A stretch of DNA of 64,000 bases from a virus. A program made the translations under genes and the position numbers. Positions 8,784 to 17,430 of this stretch are shown here, piece after piece; position 1 is the stretch's first letter, and each line of letters begins with the position of its first letter. The DNA is taken from positions 2,242 to 66,241 of IMG/VR virus record IMGVR_UViG_3300037471_000630; one strand, written 5' to 3'. Under the pieces are notes generated by a model. It saw only the letters and a program-made list of their open reading frames with translations. It had not been told where the DNA came from and searched no databases.

Positions 8784-9211
8784 GCACCTTCTCCATCCAG
8801 TTGGCGCAACTGGCCGCCAAGGTGAAAGCCGATCTCGACACCACAGTGCGCAAGTCCACGCTGCAGGTGTTCAGCGCGGTGGTGCAGAAGACGCCGGTCG
8901 ACACCGGACGGGCCCGTGCGAACTGGAACGTCAGCCGCGGCGCGCCGGACGCGACGACCACGGAAAGCACGAACCAGGCGCGCGGGCAGGAAGAGGCGGC
9001 CAAGGCGCTTAACGAGCCTGCCGGCGGTGTGGTGTACCTGGCCAACGGGCTGCCCTACATCCGGACCCTGGAGTACGGCGGCTACCCGAACCCGCCGAAG
9101 AAGGGCAAGGGCAAGACCGCTGGCGGCTTCTCCAAGCAGGCGCCCGCCGGCATGGTCCGCACCACTGCAGCCGAGTTCGACGAACACGTCAGGAAGGTGA
9201 TCGCCAAGTGA
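8780..9211 (+). CDS. HK97 gp10-like tail completion (neck) protein
   Basis: TPVDTGRARANW, NGLPY...LEYG and SKQAP.GMVR motifs. Confidence 0.85.
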   Translation: MSTFSIQLAQLAAKVKADLDTTVRKSTLQVFSAVVQKTPVDTGRARANWNVSRGAPDATTTESTNQARGQEEAAKALNEPAGGVVYLANGLPYIRTLEYGGYPNPPKKGKGKTAGGFSKQAPAGMVRTTAAEFDEHVRKVIAK

Positions 9212-9564
9212 GAATCTCCACCGACCCCGCCGACCCGTCCTACCTGGACGGCCGGCCGCGCCGCGTCACCGTCAACGACCTGGAAGTGTCCGGCTGGCAC
9301 ACCGCCGACGAATTCCGCCGCGTGGTGATCTTGAAAGATGGCAAGGTGCTGCACGGGTCCGTGTGGATCGAGCGGCTGTCCGAGGACAAGCCCGAGCCGC
9401 CCGCACCGGCCCCGGCCGCGCCGATTGACGCAGGCTTCTCCGGGGTGTTCGTGCCGGCTGCCACGCCCGCACCGACCTCGGCGCCCGTCCAGATCCACGA
9501 AAAGCACGAGCCCGGCCGACCCGATCTGAAGATCACCAAGCCGAACAAGGCCAGGCGCCGCTAA
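9208..9564 (+). CDS. Hypothetical protein with Pro-rich tail
   Basis: GTGA overlap; codon usage matches the rest of the phage. Confidence 0.6.
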   Translation: MRISTDPADPSYLDGRPRRVTVNDLEVSGWHTADEFRRVVILKDGKVLHGSVWIERLSEDKPEPPAPAPAAPIDAGFSGVFVPAATPAPTSAPVQIHEKHEPGRPDLKITKPNKARRR

Positions 9565-9570
9565 TCGTCC

Positions 9571-9978
9571 ATGTCCGACGCCACCATCGCCGCAGCGTTC
9601 GAGTCCACCCTGAAGGCGTGGGCGGACGTTCAGACCCCGGCTGTCCCGGTGGCCTGGCAGAACGTCGCCTTCACGCCGCCTGCGGGCCGCTACGTGCGCG
9701 CCCATCTGCTGCCGCACCAGGCCAAGCACCTGTTCGTGGACGGCAGCGGGCGCTCGCGCCAGGGCACGTTCCAGGTGGACATCTGCATGCCGGTCGGCGC
9801 CGGCGCGGGCGGGGCGCGAGCCCTGGTGGATTCACTGGACGCCGCCTTTGCGATCACGATGGTGCAGGGAAGCCTGCGCATCTGGCTGCTCACCCCCCTG
9901 AGCGCCGCGCCGGCGATTCAGGAACCCGATCGCTTCGTGGTCCCAGTGTCGGCCACCTACAAGGCCATGGCCACATGA
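9571..9978 (+). CDS. Tail terminator protein (DUF4128-like)
   Basis: VAWQNVAFTPP and G.FQVDI..P.G.G motifs; precedes the tail tube gene. Confidence 0.8.
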   Translation: MSDATIAAAFESTLKAWADVQTPAVPVAWQNVAFTPPAGRYVRAHLLPHQAKHLFVDGSGRSRQGTFQVDICMPVGAGAGGARALVDSLDAAFAITMVQGSLRIWLLTPLSAAPAIQEPDRFVVPVSATYKAMAT

Positions 9979-10067
9979 CCGCATCCACCCGCGCCCTGCA
10001 CGAAGCCCTGATCCGGCTGTGCAAGGGAATCATCACCGCATGGGAGAAGTGGCTCTCCCAGCAATGA
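9975..10067 (+). CDS. 30-aa amphipathic peptide
   Basis: ATGA overlap; sequence MTASTRALHEALIRLCKGIITAWEKWLSQQ. Confidence 0.45.
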   Translation: MTASTRALHEALIRLCKGIITAWEKWLSQQ

Positions 10068-10203
10068 ATCAGGCCGGGCGCAAGAGCGCCTGACCTGTCC
10101 GTCACTGCCTCGCGCGCGGCCTCTCCCGCAAGGGACACGCCGCTCGGTTGCCTCGCAGACCCGCAACGCCCTCCGAAGAGGGCCATGTCTGAAAGGCAAT
10201 CCC

Positions 10204-10854
10204 ATGGCAGTCCAACTCCCGAACGGCGCAACCATCGCCATCGGCTCCACCTACGGCGCGACCAAGGCGCTGTCCGCGTTCTCGAACGCCAACCCCGGCG
10301 TCGCCACCCTCGAGGCCTCCCACGGCATCGTGGTGGGCGACATCTTCGAGATCACCTCTGGCTGGTCGCGCGCCAACGGCAACGTCTACCGCGCCTCCGC
10401 GGTGGCGACCAACGACGTCACGGTCGAGGGCCTGAACACCTCGAGCACGACCACGTTCCCGGCCGGCTCGGGCACCGGCACGATCCGCGAAGTCACCGCG
10501 TGGACCCAGATCACCCAGATCCTGGACACCGGCACCAGCGGCGGCGAGCAGCAGTTCGTGACGTACTCGTTCCTCGAGGACAGCGCGGAGCACCAGATCC
10601 CCACCGTCAAGAGCCCGGTGGTGTTCAACCTGACCGTCGGTGACGACGCCAGCCTGGCGCACTACGCCGTGCTGGCAGCCGCCGACGCCGACCGCCTGCA
10701 GCGCGTCATGCGTGTGGTGCTGCCCGGCGGCTCGCCGATCTACTTCTCGGCCTACGTGACGCTGCAGAAGACCCCCACCCTGACCAAGAACGAGGTCATG
10801 GGCCTGAAGGTCACGCTGTCGCTGATCAACGAAGTCACCCGCTACGCCTCCTGA
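10204..10854 (+). CDS. Major tail tube protein (Phage_tail_3-like)
   Basis: MAV.LPNG, SNANP.VAT, SGGEQQF and IPT.KSP motifs. Confidence 0.9.
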   Translation: MAVQLPNGATIAIGSTYGATKALSAFSNANPGVATLEASHGIVVGDIFEITSGWSRANGNVYRASAVATNDVTVEGLNTSSTTTFPAGSGTGTIREVTAWTQITQILDTGTSGGEQQFVTYSFLEDSAEHQIPTVKSPVVFNLTVGDDASLAHYAVLAAADADRLQRVMRVVLPGGSPIYFSAYVTLQKTPTLTKNEVMGLKVTLSLINEVTRYAS

Positions 10855-10878
10855 TCGGCAGGGGGTGAGCGCCCCCTG

Positions 10879-10912
10879 AAGCCCGCCACGGTTGCGCCAT
10901 GGCGGGCTTCTT
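10879..10912 (+). terminator. Terminator-like hairpin after the tail tube gene
   Basis: AAGCCCGCCA...TGGCGGGCTTCTT. Confidence 0.65.
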
Positions 10913-10930
10913 CCATCTGGAGCCCCAGAA

Positions 10931-11335
10931 GTGCTGCAACTCGAACCCGATCCGACTTTCACCTGGCCCGTCACCTTCAACACCCCGAAGGGCGCCAAGA
11001 CCATCACGCTGGTCTTCAAGCACAAGACGGTGGACGAGCACAACGCCTGGTGGGAGGCCGCGGTCAAGCGCTCCGTCGCGCATCGCGACGCGCTGATCGC
11101 GCACGCCGCCGCCATCGAGAAGCTCGGCCCAGATGACGTCGTGCCGCCGGCGCCGAAGCCGGAGATGACAGCCCTAGACGAGATCATGGACGTGGTCGCC
11201 GGCTGGGAAGACGTGGACGCTCCCTTCAGCCGCGAGTCGATGACCAAGCTCCTGGCGAACTACCACGACCTGTCGGCCAAGAAGGTCTGCGAGGCCTGGT
11301 CCGCCGGCCTGAACGGGCGTCGCCTGGAAAACTGA
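10931..11335 (+). CDS. Tail assembly chaperone (gpG-like)
   Basis: P.PTF...V, FKH and GWE.D..FS.E motifs; ends RLEN at a slippery site. Confidence 0.82.
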   Translation: MLQLEPDPTFTWPVTFNTPKGAKTITLVFKHKTVDEHNAWWEAAVKRSVAHRDALIAHAAAIEKLGPDDVVPPAPKPEMTALDEIMDVVAGWEDVDAPFSRESMTKLLANYHDLSAKKVCEAWSAGLNGRRLEN

Positions 11336-11658
11336 AGAGCGCGGGTGCGGCGCTTTACAAGAAGCCTCCTTCCAAAGAAGACGCGGCGCTGATGTCCTTC
11401 CTGGGGCTCACCCCCGAGGATTACGCCGCCGAGAACACCGTCAAGGCCTGGCCCGAGACATGGCGCGCCGTGCAGTTCCTGGATGCGCTCGGAAACGGCG
11501 CCTGGAACATGGGTCCGGGTGGCGCCACCGGGCTGCGGCCTGAAACCTTCCGCGAAGGGCGCCTGGCTCTTCGCATCACGCGGGACGAATGGCCCCGCCT
11601 GCTCGCCGACGTGCGCGTCATAGAAGCCGCCGCGCTCGACGAGATCCACAAGGAATGA
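11326..11658 (+). CDS. Tail assembly chaperone gpT part (DUF1799-like), reached by -1 frameshift at G-GAA-AAC
   Basis: The -1 frame is open from the heptamer (KLKSAGAALYKK...) to 11658; W.MGPGG..GL and E.AAL motifs. Confidence 0.75.
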   Translation, partial: GKLKSAGAALYKKPPSKEDAALMSFLGLTPEDYAAENTVKAWPETWRAVQFLDALGNGAWNMGPGGATGLRPETFREGRLALRITRDEWPRLLADVRVIEAAALDEIHKE

Positions 11659-11662
11659 CGCC

Positions 11663-14600
11663 ATGACGATTGATGTCACGACGCTGGCACTGGCCGTCGA
11701 TTCCACCCAGGTCAACACGGCGTCAACGGCGCTGGATCGCATGACCGCCGCGGGGTCGCGCGCGGAAGGCGCAGCCTCCAAGCTCAAGCCAGCAGTCGAA
11801 GCGCAAGGCCGCGCGCTCGCTGCTTCCGGTCAGGCGGCCTCGAAGACGGCGCTGTCTTTCCGCACGCTGGAAGAGGCGCAAGCTGCGCTCGGCCCGCAGG
11901 CTGCGGCCGCTCTGGCAAAGGTCGCCGGTGATCTTGGGGCGACCAAGGCGAAGGCCGACGCGGCTGGCCAGTCACTGCGCAAGATGGGCGACGACGCCCA
12001 GGCAGCCGGGAACAAGGCCAGCGCCGCCCTGACAGCGGCCAGCGCCGCTCCCGTAGCAGCAGCCGGCGGAGCTGGCGGGCGTATTCCTGGGCCGCCCCAG
12101 CCGCCGCTCCAGTTCGCGCCGATCCCTGTCGCGCCGCAACCATCTTCACAGCAGCCGGGCGCTGCTGCTGCCTCCGCCACGGAAGTGCAGAAGACGGCCG
12201 GAGCAGCCACCGCCGCAGCAGCTGGCATCGACCGGCTACGCGAAGCAGAGCAGGCCTTGGCCCTCGCAGATGCCAGGGTCGCAGCGTCGCAGGCCGCGCT
12301 GACCTCCGCCGTCGCCCGCAACGCCCAGGCGCAGCAGCAGCTGGCGACCGCGAACGCGTCAAGCGCTTCCTCGCAGGCGCAGGTCGCCCAGGCAACGGCT
12401 CGAGCGGCTTCTGCCAATGCTGCGGTCCTGTCGGCGCAGGCAAGCCTGACCGCCAACCAACAGGCGGCAGCCAAGGCCGCGGCTACGCACCAGGTTGCCC
12501 TGGCGGGCTTGGGCAAGCAGGCCAGCCGGACCGCCTACGAGCAGCAACAACTTGGTTTCCAGCTGCACGACTTCGCCGTGCAGGTGTTCTCCGGGCAGTC
12601 GCCGCTGACCGCCTTCGTGCAGCAGGGCTCGCAACTGGCTGGCACCTTTGGCGGCGCGGGAAATGCGTTCCGCGCGGTCCTTTCCATGCTCACGCCGATG
12701 CGTGTCGCCATGGGCGCCGCTGCAGCTGCCGTAGGCGTGCTTGGCTTGGCCATGGCGCAGGCCGAATCCGCCGCGCGCGACCTGGCTCAGGCGCAGACGC
12801 AGCTTGCCGCCACCGGCCGCGAAGACCTGTTCTCCGACAAGGAGCTCAAGCAGTTCATCAACCAGCTGGCGCAGGTCCGCGGGATTTCGCACGACGCCGC
12901 CGTCGGCATCGTTCAGGAGTTCTCGAAGTTCAAGGACATCGGGCCGGAGATCTTCAAGGATCTCGCCGGTTCGGTGGCCGACTACGCGGCAGCCACCGGC
13001 AAGAGCCTGCCAGAAGCCGCAAAGGCCTTGGCCACCGCGTTCGCCGACCCGGTCCGGGGCGTCAAGTTGCTCGACGACGTCCTGACGAAGATGACCGGCG
13101 ACGAGCTGCTGGCCATCCAGCGGCTGGCCCAGGCCGGCGACACCGCCGGCGCGGCGCGCGTGATGTTCGAGGCGCTGGAGCGCTCCATCAATGGCGCGGC
13201 AGCGCGCGGGATGACCCCGCTGCAGACGGCGACGGAGGACCTGACCAAGGCGTGGCGACGCGCCACCAATGAGCTCGGCCAATCCGAGAGCCTGCGCGCC
13301 CTGAACGACCTTTTGGCCGGCACGGTGGGCTTGGTCAAGGATCTGGTGGACCTCCTGCCCAAGCTCGGTGGTCTGCGGACCGTCCTGCCGGCGTCGATCG
13401 CAGCCGCAGGGCCAGCCAGCCTCGGCGAGGCCATCACCGGCCCGCTCCGCCGGGCCATCTTCGGACCGGACGGCGCCGATCCCACCGCCGTCCCGACCGG
13501 CAATTTCGCGCGCCAGGATCGTGCGGCCTCTGCCGGCACTCCTGTCGGCGCCAAGTCTCGCAACGCCGCCCAAGCAGACATCACGGAGACGCTGAAGGCG
13601 ACCGAGGGGTTCAGGAGCCAAGCGCAGGAGATCGCCAAGCTCAAGGGCGAGCGCGACCGCCTGAACAAGTCCCTCGAGCAGTCCATCGCCCTGGACAAGC
13701 AGGACGGCACACTGAAGGGCAAGCCGTCCGAGACGACCAAGGAGCTGCGCGGCCGCATCGCCGGCGTGAACGAACGCATCGCCGCGGCCGGCAAGAAGGG
13801 CGCCGGCGGCAATGAGCCGCAGCAGGTTCTGGACGCCCAACTCGAGCAGCGCGTCAAGGCAGCCCAGGAAGCCCTTCAGAAGGAGCGTGACCAGCTGGCG
13901 TTCTCCCAGCGCTTCCTGCAAGGCGTCTATCAGGCCGGCGAGATCTCGCTGCGGGACTTCTTCGAACAGAAGCGCCAGGCCATCCAGCAGGGCACCGAGG
14001 CGGAGATCGCCGAGCTCGAGAAGGAGCGCGCGGCCGTTCAGGCCCACCTCGACGCGACGAAGAAGACCAGCCCGAAGGACACCTCTGCCCTGGTCAAGGA
14101 CCAGACCCGGCTGCAGGAGATCGACGCCAAGGAGGCCAAGCTCCGGGACGACGCTGCGCGCGAGTCGGTCCTGGCCACGCAGGAGGAGAGCGCAGCGGTC
14201 AAGCAGCTCAATGAGCAGATCGACAGCTACCGTGCGAATCTGAGGCAACTCGCCGGCGACGAGGCCGGCGCAGCGCGCATTCGCAACCAACTGGCGGACA
14301 GGCTTGATGCCGAACTGGCCAAGCGCGCCGCCAAGGAGGGCAAGCCGATCAGCCCTGAGGAGCTGGCGGCGGTCAAGAAGGGCCGCGACGACCAGGTCGT
14401 GCTCAACGACGCCAAGCTGCAGACCAGCCTGATCAACCAGCGCCTTCAGATCGAAGAAGAGCGCATCGGCCTGGCACAGAGCACTGGCGCTGTCGGCGAG
14501 ATTGAGGCGCTCACGCGTCAGGGCGCGGCACGCGCGCAGGTGGTGGCACTGCTCGAGCAGCAGCTGGCCGCCATGGAGAAGATCTCCCAAGAGAACCCAG

Positions 14601-16807
14601 GCAACCTGCAGCTGAAGGTGGACGTCGAAGGCTTTCGCCTGCAGGTGGACAAGCTCAAGGCCTCGCTCGACCCGCTGGAAGAGAGGTTCCGCGGCATCTT
14701 CAAGGACGCTGGCTCTGGTCTGTTCTCCGACCTGATGAACGGCACGAAGCCGCGCGACATCGCCCGCAACCTGGCGAACGCGATCAGCAGGCCGATCAAC
14801 GACATGGTCGGGCGGACGCTGTCCGAATCGCTGTTCGCCAAAGGCGGCTCTCTCGGTAGCGTCAGCGGGTTCTTCGCTGATCTGTTCGGCGGCAAGAACC
14901 GGAACGCCGCGAGCGACGCCAAGAACACGGCGCAGGAGGCGTTCCGCCAGAGCGAGATCGCCGCCCAGAACGCCGCTGGCAAGGCGGACGTAACGGCGGC
15001 CAACGTCTCCCAGGCGAACGCGGCTGTCTCGAGCGCCACTGCCCTGACAGACCTTGCCGCGGCGGCGCAAGCGGCGGCGGTATCCCTGCGCACCGTCACC
15101 GGCACCCCTCTGCCGCCGCTGCCCGGCACCACTGGCGACTTCGCTCGCCTGGATCGCGGCCAGCGGGTGGGCGAGCCCACCGTTCCTGACGCATTGGCCG
15201 ACACCAGCCGCTCGAGCGAGCGCCTCTCGGACGCCAACGTACAGGCCGCCTCCAGCGTGGTGCAACTGGCCAGCGCGGCGGCGCGCGGCGGCAATGCGAT
15301 GTCCCTGCTGCCGAGCGTGGTGCAGTCGATCATTACGGCGACCAGCGCCGCTGGCGCGTCGTCCTCGGGCGGCGGGCTATTGGGCAGTCTCGCCAGCCTG
15401 TTTGGCAGCTCGAGCTCCGCAGCGCCCAGTTTCGTCGACCTTGGCACCGCGAGCGGCGCCGATCTGGCGCTGTTCTTCCACTCGGGCGGCATCGTCGGCC
15501 AGGACCGGGACATGCGCCCGGTGGCACCCGGCGTCTTCGCCGGCGCGGCCAAGTACCACACCGGCGGCATCGTCGGTCCCGCCGCCCGCCAGCCGGATCT
15601 GGCTGCCCACGAAGTGCCGGCCATCCTCATGGGCGGGCCGAAGGGCACCCGCGAAGAGGTGCTGCACGCGGACGACCCGCGCCACAGCGACCGCCTGACG
15701 CCAGAGCTGCGGAAGATCATCTTCGAGCGGCGCATGCCGGCCGAGAAGAAGGCCGCCCCATCGATCCAGGAGGCACCGGCTGCCGGCGGAGCGCGCGCGG
15801 TCGTACTGTCGCAGCAAGCAGAGCGGCCAGAAGCCGTTGCGCCGAATGTCGCCGGCGGTCGATCGCGCGCTGCGGTGACGGTCCTGCCGCAGCCCGCCAG
15901 CCGCCAAGACGCAGGCCGCGGCTACGTGGAATCCGTGGTGCACCGCACGATGGGCTCCGACGCACCGGGCTACCGCGCCGGCGGACTCATCGACCGATCA
16001 CACACCGCGGAGCGCTCGGTCACGAGCCTCTCGCACCTTGTCACAACGCCTATGCAGGCGGCCAGCGCTGCTCCGGATCTGGCCGTCCAGGTGCCAGCGC
16101 CTAGGATCGCCTTCAGCGACGCGCCAGCCGCTGGCATCCCGCCGGCGCATGTCATCGCCGGCCCGCAGCAGCTGCTGCGCGAGTCGCACGACCGCAGCGC
16201 GTCCAGCATCCGCGACTCCCGCCGCACCGAGCGCTCCAGTGTCGAGCGCATCCGCGAGACGGTGCTGGGTGGCGGTCACGCGCGCGGCGAGCGGGTCGCG
16301 GCTCCCAACTTCCTCCACCAGTCCATCACCGCTGCTCCTGAAGCCGGCGCCGGCGTGGTGGTGCTGTCCTCCGGCGGCGCCCCTGCCACCGCTGGGCAGG
16401 CACCAGCCGACATCGTCCACATCCTGAGTGCCGCCGCAGCCGACTCGATCGGCAAGGCCTCAATGGAGCGGCTGCACGCCGGCGCGGGCGCAGGCGACCG
16501 CGAGACGTCCACGCCAACGCTCCAGATCAGCGGCCGGCGCGAGCTGGGCGGCCCGGTGTCCGCCGGCGGCCTGTACCGGATCAACGAGCGCGGCCCCGAG
16601 GTTCTCCAGATGGGCGGCGCTCAGTACCTGATGACCGGCAGCAAGGACGGGGAGGTCACGCCCGTCGGCGGAACCTCCGGCGGGGGCAGCACCGTCGTCC
16701 ACGTCAACGTCACTCCGCCGCCGGGAGGCTCGCGCGAGACGGCCATGCAGTGGGGTGCGACGGCCGGCCGCCAAATCCAGAACTCCCTGCGGAGAAACGG
16801 CAAATGA
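11663..16807 (+). CDS. Tape measure protein
   Basis: 1714 aa, Ala-rich and helical; QL.D..VQ...GQSP.....QQG.Q lambda-type motif; C-terminal GGPV...INERGPE. Confidence 0.92.
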   Translation: MTIDVTTLALAVDSTQVNTASTALDRMTAAGSRAEGAASKLKPAVEAQGRALAASGQAASKTALSFRTLEEAQAALGPQAAAALAKVAGDLGATKAKADAAGQSLRKMGDDAQAAGNKASAALTAASAAPVAAAGGAGGRIPGPPQPPLQFAPIPVAPQPSSQQPGAAAASATEVQKTAGAATAAAAGIDRLREAEQALALADARVAASQAALTSAVARNAQAQQQLATANASSASSQAQVAQATARAASANAAVLSAQASLTANQQAAAKAAATHQVALAGLGKQASRTAYEQQQLGFQLHDFAVQVFSGQSPLTAFVQQGSQLAGTFGGAGNAFRAVLSMLTPMRVAMGAAAAAVGVLGLAMAQAESAARDLAQAQTQLAATGREDLFSDKELKQFINQLAQVRGISHDAAVGIVQEFSKFKDIGPEIFKDLAGSVADYAAATGKSLPEAAKALATAFADPVRGVKLLDDVLTKMTGDELLAIQRLAQAGDTAGAARVMFEALERSINGAAARGMTPLQTATEDLTKAWRRATNELGQSESLRALNDLLAGTVGLVKDLVDLLPKLGGLRTVLPASIAAAGPASLGEAITGPLRRAIFGPDGADPTAVPTGNFARQDRAASAGTPVGAKSRNAAQADITETLKATEGFRSQAQEIAKLKGERDRLNKSLEQSIALDKQDGTLKGKPSETTKELRGRIAGVNERIAAAGKKGAGGNEPQQVLDAQLEQRVKAAQEALQKERDQLAFSQRFLQGVYQAGEISLRDFFEQKRQAIQQGTEAEIAELEKERAAVQAHLDATKKTSPKDTSALVKDQTRLQEIDAKEAKLRDDAARESVLATQEESAAVKQLNEQIDSYRANLRQLAGDEAGAARIRNQLADRLDAELAKRAAKEGKPISPEELAAVKKGRDDQVVLNDAKLQTSLINQRLQIEEERIGLAQSTGAVGEIEALTRQGAARAQVVALLEQQLAAMEKISQENPGNLQLKVDVEGFRLQVDKLKASLDPLEERFRGIFKDAGSGLFSDLMNGTKPRDIARNLANAISRPINDMVGRTLSESLFAKGGSLGSVSGFFADLFGGKNRNAASDAKNTAQEAFRQSEIAAQNAAGKADVTAANVSQANAAVSSATALTDLAAAAQAAAVSLRTVTGTPLPPLPGTTGDFARLDRGQRVGEPTVPDALADTSRSSERLSDANVQAASSVVQLASAAARGGNAMSLLPSVVQSIITATSAAGASSSGGGLLGSLASLFGSSSSAAPSFVDLGTASGADLALFFHSGGIVGQDRDMRPVAPGVFAGAAKYHTGGIVGPAARQPDLAAHEVPAILMGGPKGTREEVLHADDPRHSDRLTPELRKIIFERRMPAEKKAAPSIQEAPAAGGARAVVLSQQAERPEAVAPNVAGGRSRAAVTVLPQPASRQDAGRGYVESVVHRTMGSDAPGYRAGGLIDRSHTAERSVTSLSHLVTTPMQAASAAPDLAVQVPAPRIAFSDAPAAGIPPAHVIAGPQQLLRESHDRSASSIRDSRRTERSSVERIRETVLGGGHARGERVAAPNFLHQSITAAPEAGAGVVVLSSGGAPATAGQAPADIVHILSAAAADSIGKASMERLHAGAGAGDRETSTPTLQISGRRELGGPVSAGGLYRINERGPEVLQMGGAQYLMTGSKDGEVTPVGGTSGGGSTVVHVNVTPPPGGSRETAMQWGATAGRQIQNSLRRNGK

Positions 16808-17430
16808 GCATCACCGTGTTCTCCGACGTGGTCCTGTCCAACCAAGTGATCGCCCAAGGGATCAAGGGACGGCAGATCCGCAAGAACCAGCGCGTGCGAA
16901 CGGCCAACGGCTTCGAGTCGATCAACATCGTCTGGGACCGCACCATGCGCGAGTACGACCTCGGCCTCGGACCGGTGCGCCGGACGTACTGGCAGGAGCT
17001 CGAGGCGCTGTTCGAACTCACCGAGGGCGGTGCCTACGGCTTCATGCTGCAAGACCCCAAGGACTTCAGCGCCGGTGACTGGGGCCGCGTCGCCCTTGTC
17101 CCCGGCGAGACGGACGTCTACCAGCTGTACAAGCGGTACTCCTTCACCGCCGCGCGCTCCAAGGACCGCAAGATCACGCGCCCGCTGACCGACACGGTCG
17201 TAGTGCTGGTGTCCGGTGTGCCGACCACGGTGATCTGGGATGCGAACGTCGGCCAGTTCACGCTGGCAAGCGCCCCCAACGTCTCCGACGTGCGCTGGAC
17301 CGGGCAGTTCTACACCCCGGTCCACTTCATGAACGACCAGATCGACTGGCAGATGGACGTCGCCGGTGCCGATCCGGAAGGGCGCTTCTACTCGGGCAGC
17401 CTGGTCACGTTGCAGGAGATCCTCGAGTGA
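16804..17430 (+). CDS. Distal tail protein, DUF2460 (GTA gp12-like)
   Basis: G.E..N..W, G.AYGF...DP.D, YQL.KRY, RKITRP and F.TPV.F..D motifs. Confidence 0.85.
   Translation: MSITVFSDVVLSNQVIAQGIKGRQIRKNQRVRTANGFESINIVWDRTMREYDLGLGPVRRTYWQELEALFELTEGGAYGFMLQDPKDFSAGDWGRVALVPGETDVYQLYKRYSFTAARSKDRKITRPLTDTVVVLVSGVPTTVIWDANVGQFTLASAPNVSDVRWTGQFYTPVHFMNDQIDWQMDVAGADPEGRFYSGSLVTLQEILE

Noticed and set aside
12359-15265. 968-aa minus-strand ORF, and similar long antisense ORFs (718-1896, 5727-6950, 18738-20321, 25711-27225, 44534-45907)
   Set aside because: Shadow frames of GC-rich genes with strong codon bias; no motifs, and they lie opposite clearly identifiable phage genes.
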